Positions 56,241 through 64,000 of a stretch of DNA of 64,000 nucleotides are shown one piece after another (the stretch's first letter is position 1; the number at the start of each line of letters is the position of its first letter). The DNA comes from Candidatus Portnoybacteria bacterium. GTDB taxonomy: Bacteria; Patescibacteriota; Minisyncoccia; Portnoybacterales; GWB1-42-6. The stretch spans positions 9,062 through 73,061 of the forward strand of contig JACQXN010000020.1 in NCBI GenBank assembly GCA_016208745.1, in the 5' to 3' direction. A program made the position numbers and the translations under genes. Below the pieces are notes generated by a model, which saw only the letters and a program-made list of their open reading frames with translations, did not search any database and had not been told where the DNA came from.

Positions 56241-56548
56241 AGAAGAAAGTTAATCCAAATTTTAACATCCGATTGTTAATCTGGCGCATAGGGGGCGAAG
56301 TTCTATAAATAATTTTTTTATAAATCCCTCCCAACCTCCCCTAAAGGGGAGGAGTAAAAAATTCCCCTCCTTTAGGAGGGGTTAGGGGAGATTTAGTAAA
56401 AGGTCGACATTGCCTGCTTTCCGCTTTTAGCGGTTTTCTGCCAAAAGCAGGGCAGTGAACTAGCACATTTTAAAAATAAAGGCAGAAAACAGATATTAAC
56501 GAATTGCGGATTAACGAATTTTAACGCGTTAGTTCGTTAATTCATAAA

Positions 56549-57412
56549 ATGATACAAAAATCTATGAAAAAAGTTTTCGTTACCTTAACAGTTTTATCGT
56601 TAATGGTATTGACGGCGGCTCCTGCTTTGGCTGGTCATCGTCCTTCAAGACACCAAATGCCAGCTAATGACAGCGATATCACAATTAATATTGATAATGA
56701 GGCGACTGTTACCAACATCGTTTCTGTCGGAGCTTACACCGGCGGCAATACCTCTAAAGGCGATGACGGCGGCGACGGCGGCGACAGCGGCGAAGCAGAA
56801 GTTGAAGGAGCTAAAGGCACTGCCACTTCCGGCGACGGCGGCGACGGCGGCGACGGCGGCAATGGCGGCACAATCACCTCTGGTGATGCAGATGCGAGCG
56901 CCTATATTGCTAACGTAGTTAATACCAATTTGACTTCAGTTGATGCTTGCGGTTGCGAAGAAGGAGAAGAGGAAGATGGCTGTGGATGTGAAGATCCTTG
57001 CGGCTGTCAGTCTCGCTGCGGCGGCTCTCAACAAGGGGATGACTGTGGTTGCATTGATGACATCAAAGTTGACATAGAAAACAAAAAGACTGATGTTAAC
57101 AACAATGCAGGAGTTATGGCCGACACAGGTTTAAATGAATCCAAAGGCGATGACGGCGGCAATGGCGGCGACAGCGGCGAAGCAGAAGTTGAAGACCAAG
57201 ACAAAGACAGAGACAACAGATGGCATCGCGGCGGCTGCAATACTTGCGGCAGTGATTCAGAAGACAGCGAATGCTGCCCTGAAGCCACTTCAGGTGATGC
57301 AGGCGATGGCGGCGACGGCGGCAATGGTGGTGAAATCACCAGCGGCGCAGCTGCGGCTACAGCCAAAGTATTTAATCTGGTTAACACCACTGTTACCAGA
57401 GTTCGCAGATAA
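56549..57412 (+). CDS. Secreted Gly/Asp/Cys-rich repeat protein
   Basis: Signal peptide, two internal repeats (SKGDDGGxGGDSGEAEVE...TSGDAxxxAxxxNxVNTxxT), and a CGC-rich metal-binding-like segment. The antisense ORFs are spurious. Confidence 0.6.
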   Translation: MIQKSMKKVFVTLTVLSLMVLTAAPALAGHRPSRHQMPANDSDITINIDNEATVTNIVSVGAYTGGNTSKGDDGGDGGDSGEAEVEGAKGTATSGDGGDGGDGGNGGTITSGDADASAYIANVVNTNLTSVDACGCEEGEEEDGCGCEDPCGCQSRCGGSQQGDDCGCIDDIKVDIENKKTDVNNNAGVMADTGLNESKGDDGGNGGDSGEAEVEDQDKDRDNRWHRGGCNTCGSDSEDSECCPEATSGDAGDGGDGGNGGEITSGAAAATAKVFNLVNTTVTRVRR

Positions 57413-57737
57413 CTATTTTTTGCGAAACGAGCAGGAGAAGCTTTCGGGCTTCTCCTCTCGGATAAGCTCTTAATTTATTTCCCCCTTTTTAAAGGGGGAT
57501 AAAGGGGGATTTAAAAAGACAAATCTAAATCCACCCCTCCCCTCCTTTAAAAAGGAGGGGAGGAATATCGATTGATAGCTTATGCGAGGGAAAAATGCCA
57601 GAATTTCTAATTACTCCGCCCAAGGCGGATCCGCCTCTGGCGGATAATTCAATCCCAATGCCCAATGTCAAGATTTAAAAATTAGACATTTGGGAACTAA
57701 ATATTTTATTGGAAATTAGGAATTATTTAAGAAATTT

Positions 57738-58346
57738 ATGGAGGTAAAGACGAGAAAAATTTTAAAAGTTATTTTACTTTTTTCATTAGTTTTGCCTCTG
57801 TCAGCCCAAGCGGCGTTGTTTGACGATTTTGTTAGCGGGATTGAAGATTGGGTTTCTGAACAAACAGGCAGTCAAACAAATAGTTCGGGCAATGTCCAGA
57901 TAAAAAACGAAGTAAAAGTTGAAGCTTCAACCGGCGGAAATTCTGTTGGTTCAGGCGGGGAAATTAAACAGGGCGAACAAAAAACCGAAATTGAAATAAA
58001 AAACATTATCAACGGACAGGAAATAGAGCCGGTTAATATTAATTCTTCAAGCAGCAAGGCAAAAGTGGAAATAAAAATAGAGGCCAATGATGGAAAAATT
58101 GAAGTTGAAAGAGAAATTGAAGTTGATTCGGAAAAAAGCGAGCAGAATTACCAGATTAATGCGGATAATCAAAATTCCCAAGATGATGCAAGCTCGCAAG
58201 AGTCTGCTGGCGCAGGCACAGATAGCGGCGTAGAAACGGAAAAGGAAAATATATTGGAAAAAACCGCAACAACAACTTCGGATTTCTTTTCAGCGATTTT
58301 TGAAAGCATAAAATCTTTTTTTGAAAATATATTTAGTATTTTTTAG
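57738..58346 (+). CDS. Secreted hypothetical protein sharing the (S/T)GGNS motif
   Basis: Signal peptide with a cleavage site ...LSAQA; acidic with low complexity. Confidence 0.5.
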   Translation: MEVKTRKILKVILLFSLVLPLSAQAALFDDFVSGIEDWVSEQTGSQTNSSGNVQIKNEVKVEASTGGNSVGSGGEIKQGEQKTEIEIKNIINGQEIEPVNINSSSSKAKVEIKIEANDGKIEVEREIEVDSEKSEQNYQINADNQNSQDDASSQESAGAGTDSGVETEKENILEKTATTTSDFFSAIFESIKSFFENIFSIF

Positions 58347-58544
58347 ATTCACTGAATCATAAAGCGGGCATTTTTTGCCTCCCCTCCTCAGATGAGGAGG
58401 GGAATTAAAGGGGTGGTGGTGACCTTAATAATTCAACACCCCACCCTACCCCTCCCCTCATCTGAGGGGAGGGAAGACGCCTATTTTATAATTCAATGTT
58501 AAGCCAATATTTTAATCTAACTCCGGAGGGAAGTTATATCGGTT

Positions 58545-61349
58545 ATGAAAGCCAAACAGAGCAGGAGGGGAGATAATTGTTTTTTAACTAATTTAACTCG
58601 GGGAAAACAGAAAAACTTTATTTTAATTCCCTTACTGGTTATCAGTTTGGTGGTTTTTAATTTTCCCGCCATATCGGTTTTAGCCGAAGAAGTCCCGACT
58701 GACGCGCCAGCAGACACAACTTTAAGCCAAGATGCGCCAGCGCCTGCAGAAACTCCTGCGCCAACGGAAAATCCTGCTCCGCCGGAAGATGTGGTTATTG
58801 ACACCGGGGACGCCAATGGCGGCATTGAGGTTGAAAACTCTGTTAACACCAATATCGCCCAGCTTGGCGATCCGGCAGAAAGCCAGACAGACTGGTCAGA
58901 GCTTGAAGGAGAAGTCCAAGGACAGGCTGATGAAGCCGCTCAAACAGAGGCTGAAGAAACCGGTGAAACTGAAACTCAAGAGACCGCAGAAACTTTAGGC
59001 GACAATCCTCCAGCCGAGCCAGAAGAAGAATTGGCTCAAGGCGTTGACAATAGCAATGACGAGGAAAATAATGACGGCCAAAACACACTCGATATTACAA
59101 ATGATAATCAGGCTGATGTTGGAAACGACGTTGTTGGAGTCGGCTCAACCGGCGACAATCAAGCAGAGGGCGAAGCTTGCGACGTTGATATTAATACCGG
59201 CGCTGTCAATTTATACACCTATTTAATAAATATCGTTAACACCAATATTTTTGCCTCTGATTTCTCCCAGTTTTTGTTAAATCTTTTTGAGGGTTTGCAA
59301 GGCGATATTGATTTATCCAGCGAAATTGCTTCTTCGGCAGAAGGATGCCTAGGCGATGATTGCATAGACAATATTAATATCACCAATAATAACAACGGCA
59401 CAACGACCAACGATGTTTTGCTTGACGGCTCAAGCGGGGGAAACACCGCGCAAAGCAATGGCGGATCGGCAACTATTAACACCGGCGATGTTAATGTGGT
59501 GGCCAATGTTTTAAATATCTTAAACTCCAATATCGTTGGCGCAAACTGGACTCAATTTATCATCAATGTTTTTGGCGATTGGATGGGCGATTTGGTTTTG
59601 CCCGGCAAGGACCAGATGCAGGATCAATTTGGCAATAGCGGCTCTGCCTGCTGCGGCGATTTGTCCATTACCAATTCAAATCAAGGCCAGATAATAAATG
59701 ATGTTAGCGTTATTTCAGACACCGGTTTAAACACAACGCAAGGCGATGGCGGCTCAATTAACACCGGCGACGCGCAAGCGGATGTTAATGTTTTCAATAT
59801 CGCCAATACCAATATAACCGGCAATAATTTCTTTTTGATGAAGGTTAATAATTTTGGCGACTGGAACGGCAGTATTTTCAGTCTGCCGCCCGGATTTTTC
59901 ATTAGCCAAGACGGAATGGGCTTTGAAATTATAAACGCTGGTTCAAGCAGCGGCGTGGGAATTTCTGGCAGCGACTTAAATATCACCAACAATAACGCCG
60001 GCGCGATTATAAACAGAGTAATCATCAATGCCTTTACCGGCGGAAACACCGCTCAATCATCAGGCGGCTCTGCTTCAATTAATACCGGCGATGCCCAAGC
60101 GATAGTCAATTTGATGAATATTATGAATACCAATATCGTGGGCAATAATTTCCTTTTGGGCATGGTTAATATTTTTGGCAACTGGCAGGGCAATTTGGCC
60201 TTTGGCCGGCCAGACAACTGGATTGGTTCCTCTGCCGCCACCCTGCCTGATCCGGTCAGCCCGGGCGGCGAAATTGCCTATAACCTGGCCTACACTAACA
60301 AAGGCAATGCCGATGCGAGCAATGTTTTGGTCAAAGCCGGCTTCAATAAGGGGATTGTGGAAATCTTAAATAGCGGCGGCGGCTTTATTGACGAAGCAGC
60401 CGGCGAAATTATCTGGAATGTTGGCGATTTATCAATCGGCGAAACCGGCGCAGTTTCCTATGCTGTCCAGGTTAAAGATGATGTGCAAAATGACGTAAAA
60501 ACAATTGATACCACTTCTTCCATTTCAAGCCTTGAGAGCGACAATAACAGCCAAGACAACACAGACACTCTTTCGGTGGCTCTTTATCGCGGCAGTTCTT
60601 TGGGCGCTTTGGTTGGCGGGCCAAACGAAACTTTGCCGAATATGAAATTAACTCAAGCCAACAATGCTTATGATGGCGCCTGGCAAGGTGGCAGCATTAG
60701 TTTCTCTACCAAGCTTTTTAACGATAGTTCGGGCTCTTCTTATGACACGATTCTTTACAATAACATCCGATCAGTTTCTTCAACCGATATTCTAGACACC
60801 CAGCAATGGAATTTGGGCAAAGTTTTTCCCAATGAAGAGATAACAATTGATTTTGCCATTGTGGTTGGCGAAAATTTGCCGCCGGGCGAGTATCTAAGCT
60901 TTACCCAGGCGGCTGGCAAAGATGCTTCTGGCAACGCCAGCTATTCAACTATTGCTTCAAGCGTATTTAAAGTTGTAGAAGCTCCGGATACTGAAAATGT
61001 CGCGTCAGAAGAGGCAGCCGAGCTGAATGAAGAAGAGAATTCACAAAACAATATTGTGTCGGACATAAAAGATGTGGTTCAGGAAATATTAGCGCCTCTT
61101 AGACCAAAAACCATTAGCGCTTCGGATGAAAATGGGCCAGCAGTTGTTCGCGAAGTTTCAGCTTCAAACGAACAAGGTGGCGTTTTAGGGGATTTGCAAG
61201 AAGAGTCAAATAACAGACGCAGCTTAAATCTTTTTTCAGCGATTGGGTCTTTGGGCTGGTGGGGCTGGCTGATTATATTGGCTATCTTGGCAGCATTCTT
61301 GATTCTTCTGTTTTTGACAAAGAAAAGGAAAAAGGAAGAATCTTATTAG
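58545..61349 (+). CDS. Large cell-surface protein with four tandem ~60-aa repeats and a C-terminal TM anchor
   Basis: N-terminal TM/signal, an acidic Pro/Glu-rich linker, four copies of ...GGNTAQSxGGSAxINTGDxxAxVNxxNIxNTNIxGNNF..., and a C-terminal LGWWGWLIILAILAAFLILLFL-KKRKK anchor. Confidence 0.75.
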   Translation: MKAKQSRRGDNCFLTNLTRGKQKNFILIPLLVISLVVFNFPAISVLAEEVPTDAPADTTLSQDAPAPAETPAPTENPAPPEDVVIDTGDANGGIEVENSVNTNIAQLGDPAESQTDWSELEGEVQGQADEAAQTEAEETGETETQETAETLGDNPPAEPEEELAQGVDNSNDEENNDGQNTLDITNDNQADVGNDVVGVGSTGDNQAEGEACDVDINTGAVNLYTYLINIVNTNIFASDFSQFLLNLFEGLQGDIDLSSEIASSAEGCLGDDCIDNINITNNNNGTTTNDVLLDGSSGGNTAQSNGGSATINTGDVNVVANVLNILNSNIVGANWTQFIINVFGDWMGDLVLPGKDQMQDQFGNSGSACCGDLSITNSNQGQIINDVSVISDTGLNTTQGDGGSINTGDAQADVNVFNIANTNITGNNFFLMKVNNFGDWNGSIFSLPPGFFISQDGMGFEIINAGSSSGVGISGSDLNITNNNAGAIINRVIINAFTGGNTAQSSGGSASINTGDAQAIVNLMNIMNTNIVGNNFLLGMVNIFGNWQGNLAFGRPDNWIGSSAATLPDPVSPGGEIAYNLAYTNKGNADASNVLVKAGFNKGIVEILNSGGGFIDEAAGEIIWNVGDLSIGETGAVSYAVQVKDDVQNDVKTIDTTSSISSLESDNNSQDNTDTLSVALYRGSSLGALVGGPNETLPNMKLTQANNAYDGAWQGGSISFSTKLFNDSSGSSYDTILYNNIRSVSSTDILDTQQWNLGKVFPNEEITIDFAIVVGENLPPGEYLSFTQAAGKDASGNASYSTIASSVFKVVEAPDTENVASEEAAELNEEENSQNNIVSDIKDVVQEILAPLRPKTISASDENGPAVVREVSASNEQGGVLGDLQEESNNRRSLNLFSAIGSLGWWGWLIILAILAAFLILLFLTKKRKKEESY

Positions 61350-61691
61350 TTTTTTGAGGCTGAGTTTGTCTAATAATAACTTGATTAGCCACAAATCCTC
61401 CCTCGCCTCGCTTAAGCTCCGGCGAAGCGGGCCAGCCCTCCCCCGTATCAAGTACGGGGCAAGCTCTAAAGGGAGGGAGCAGGGATTATTCCCCTCCTTT
61501 AGGAGGGGTTAGGGGAGATTTAGATTGGTGTAAGAGTTAATTAATTTCAGGAACCATCGCAGATTACATTATTATTCATTAAACCCTAGGCTATTATTTG
61601 TTTGACAGGATTCCTTGAGGCGGTAAAATGATAAATAAACATCGCTTTTTTTGCAGCGGGCGAGTTTTAATAATTATTAAAACTATAAAAA

Positions 61692-62504
61692 ATGAATAAA
61701 AAATCGCTTCTCAATAATTTAATTGTTTTGCTGGCGGCCTTTGCTTTGCTTTTAAGCCCGGTTTTGGCTAAAAACGACAATGCCATAGAAGTTGATATTC
61801 CAGACCAAGATGGGATATATGACGTGCCCGGCCATCAGGAACTTAAACTAAGAGTTATTGTCCACAAAGAGAAACCGGCAAAAACCGATCCAGAGGCTTT
61901 GCAATCTTTTGTCTGCACTCTCTCCGATCCTGATTCTCTGTCATTTATTGGCGCAACCGGCTGGTATTTGGCAACAACAACACCTTTCGTTTATACCTTA
62001 AATCCAAGCAGTGTGCCCGCTTCCATTGGCGCCAGCAACTTGCCAAAAATAGCGGAAAATTCATTTAAGGTTTGGACGGATGCGATTGGCAATAAGGTGA
62101 CTATTTCAAGAAACCCGATAAACACTTTAATCGCCAAAAAAGCTCTTGATGGCAAAAATATTATTGCCTGGAACAGATTGTCAAAATCAATTTTAGGCGT
62201 TACCTACACTTGGTATTACACGAGCACCGGTTTAGTAGCGGAGATTGATACCATAATGAATAAAAGCGTTGCTTGGAGCTGGTCTAATCCGACAACCTGG
62301 CCCCTGCCCTATATTTGCGCTGATAAATATTCTTATGACGCGCAGAATATCCTAACTCATGAAATCGGCCATTGGTTTGGCCTGATTGATAGATATGAGA
62401 CTGATTATGCCGCAAACACAATGTATGGTTATGGTTCAAAAATGGAAACAAAGAAGGATACTCTAACTGAAGGCGATATTTTGGGGGTAGAGGCGATTTA
62501 TTAA
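61692..62504 (+). CDS. Secreted zincin-like metalloprotease
   Basis: Signal peptide and HEIGHWFGLID, which is HExxH followed by G, matrixin/metzincin-like. Confidence 0.6.
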   Translation: MNKKSLLNNLIVLLAAFALLLSPVLAKNDNAIEVDIPDQDGIYDVPGHQELKLRVIVHKEKPAKTDPEALQSFVCTLSDPDSLSFIGATGWYLATTTPFVYTLNPSSVPASIGASNLPKIAENSFKVWTDAIGNKVTISRNPINTLIAKKALDGKNIIAWNRLSKSILGVTYTWYYTSTGLVAEIDTIMNKSVAWSWSNPTTWPLPYICADKYSYDAQNILTHEIGHWFGLIDRYETDYAANTMYGYGSKMETKKDTLTEGDILGVEAIY

Positions 62505-62526
62505 AACAGAGAAGTATTTATTTCAA

Positions 62527-62566
62527 AAACAGTCCGTTCGTAAAGGCGATCGGGCTGTTTTTTATG
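62527..62566 (+). terminator. Intrinsic terminator downstream of the metalloprotease gene
   Basis: ACAGTCCG-N14-CGGGCTGT plus TTTTTT. Confidence 0.5.
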
Positions 62567-62807
62567 TCTTTTTTCCTCCTCTCAGACTTGCCCCGTTCAG
62601 CGGGGTGAAGGAGAGGTAGGGTGGGGTGTTGAAAAGACAAATTTTACAATAATTCCCTCTCCTCAGTTGAGGAGAGGGGAAGGGTGAGGTGATGTTTTCA
62701 AATCAACACCACCCCCAACCCCTCCTCATCTGAGGAGGGGAGGAATCATTTTAGGGTTTTCCACAGATTTCTCCACATTTGGTTCACTTTTCATAAACAG
62801 CGCGATT

Positions 62808-63205
62808 TTGACGCTGTTTTTTTGTTTGGTTAAACTGATATAACGGGCTGGAAAAAGCGAGATTTTTTTCATCTGAAATTAATCTTTGTTATTTTAGAAT
62901 GCGATTGGGACATGATTATTTTATTTTAATTTTTTCAATTAGTTAAAAAACCACCTAATTATCAATAACTATGCTGAGGGAAAAACCCAAAATTGCATTT
63001 ATAGTTAGCTGAAAAGAAAGGGTGGTTTTTATTTGTTTGTCAAAATTTTAGAACTCGCCGCAGCGAGCGATAAAAATTTTATAACAAACAAATAACCCCG
63101 CACTTATTCTTACCAAAGAGCAAGAATGTCAAAGAACAAAGGCGTAGCCGTTTCGTGCGATAAGACGGAAATAAGAATACTTGGCTGGAATAAGTGCGGG
63201 GTAAC
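62808..63205 (+). ncRNA. Copy B of the conserved promoter plus structured non-coding element
   Basis: Promoter TTGACG-17-TAAACT and H1/H2/H3 homologous to copy A. The H2 stem is TTTGTTTGT/ACAAACAAA where copy A has TTCTCGT/ACGAGAA, a compensatory change. Spurious ORFs are called over it. Confidence 0.5.
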
Positions 63206-63410
63206 TCCCGATAAATAATTGCTCTCTCTATCAGAAAGTCCTTGATAGGTGGGGGAAAAGGTCGAAAAGTGGCTTCCCTTGGTTCTGCAGAAACGGAGCT
63301 AAGGCGAGCCACTTTAAGTAAAAAATTAATAAATTAGTCAATTAACGAATTAAAGAATTAACGAATTAAATCCGTTAATCCGTTAATGCGTTAATAAATA
63401 ATAATTAATA

Positions 63411-64000
63411 TGAAGAAGATTATATTAAGTTTAAGCATTATCGCGGCGGCCGCGGCAGTGGTCATCGGCGTCACGACTTCATTTTTTTCCGACACCGAAA
63501 CTTCCAGCGGCAACACCTTTACCGCTGGCGACATTGATCTCCAGATTGATAATGAAAGTTATGTGACTAATGAAGACGGAATATTGGTTGCGAGCCCTAA
63601 TACGAGCTGGGATTTAGCAGATCTTACAATAGAAAAATTTTTTGATTTTGATGATCTAAAACCCGGCGACATTGGCGAGGATACAATTTCAATTCATATT
63701 GGCTCAAACGACGCATGGGTTTGCGCTGCGGCAAGAATTACCGCAGACGAAGATGTTACGTGTACTGAGCCAGAAGGCGATGACGATTCAAATTGCGCCG
63801 AGTCGGGCGCGGGGCTTGGAGAGTTAGATGAAGAAATAAATTTTGCATTTTGGGTAGACGATGGTGATAACGTGCTTGAGGATAATGAGGTTAGCTCTAT
63901 TTTTCTCGAAGGACCATTAAGCGGAATTGGCGCGCAGGGGCAAATTACCTTGGCGGATTTCGATGAATCGATTCTTCCAGACAAAGGTCCTATTCCGGGC
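63411..64000 (+). CDS. TasA/camelysin-like protein with a SipW-cognate-class signal peptide; 3' end truncated by the window edge
   Basis: MKKIILSLSIIAAAAAVVIGVTTSFFSDTETSSGNTFTAGDIDL matches the SipW-cognate N-terminal signature (FSDTETS...N.F.AG.LDL). No stop codon before the window ends. Confidence 0.7.

Noticed and set aside
55977-56334. - strand ORFs of 80 and 87 aa within copy A of the structured element
   Set aside because: They lie over conserved paired RNA or DNA stems. Copy B has a different ORF pattern over homologous sequence (63079..63312), so no protein is conserved.
56667-57473. ORFs in alternative frames or strands over the Gly/Asp-rich gene (56667..56918, 57028..57390, 57135..57473)
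   Set aside because: These are products of the GGC/GAC-rich repetitive coding sequence of the 56549..57412 gene. Only that frame has a signal peptide and start context.
56549-64000. Diversity-generating retroelement (DGR) targeting the surface proteins
   Set aside because: No reverse transcriptase, Avd or template/variable repeat pair was found in the window.

Overview
This 64-kb window looks like a stretch of AT-rich (roughly 40% GC by eye), gene-dense chromosome from a small-genome bacterium. The gene content and the archaeal/eukaryal-type ProRS and dimeric GlyRS suggest Candidate Phyla Radiation / Patescibacteria; that assignment is inference only.

From about 1 to 49.6 kb the genes are mostly housekeeping, largely on the + strand:
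- A truncated P-type ATPase, recO, proS, tgt, glyQS, an M16 peptidase and an AI-2E transporter.
- rsmI, metG, a SET-domain protein, tatD, a GxxExxY gene, def, ccdA, leuS, tsaC/sua5, a PAP2 phosphatase and a geranylgeranyl-reductase-like oxidoreductase.
- One tRNA-Leu(CAA), parA-parB, relA/spoT, a NUDIX hydrolase, topA, dprA, mfd, pth, an LCP-family protein, lepB, hisS, a HIT protein, rpsU, yqeY, ybeY and ftsA-ftsZ.

From about 49.8 to 64 kb the region looks accessory and cell-surface related:
- A processive GT2 (QxxRW motif), a small membrane protein, and three tandem paralogous polysaccharide-deacetylase/CBM proteins, resembling an ica/pga (PNAG-like) locus.
- A locus of secreted repeat proteins, a zincin-like protease and a TasA/SipW-cognate-like protein.

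No rRNA, CRISPR array, integrase or reverse transcriptase was seen.

The most striking property is the load of small GC-rich palindromic repeat families scattered through an AT-rich background:
- A CCCTCC...GGAGGG family.
- A MITE family with terminal inverted repeats TGTCATTCCCGC.
- A second TIR family starting CTACGGAATACAGATA.
- A roughly 190-bp structured intergenic repeat present three times with compensatory changes.

Several of these elements sit in-frame inside essential genes (tgt, mfd, leuS twice, metG). This resembles Rickettsia palindromic elements.

Other notable observations:
- A conserved promoter plus long structured leader, followed by TTAACGAATT operator-like repeats, occurs upstream of two different surface-protein genes.
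- leuS carries an in-frame TAG that separates its first 40 codons from the rest of the gene.
- A cassette of small membrane-protein genes with duplicated translation-initiation leaders sits between mfd and pth.
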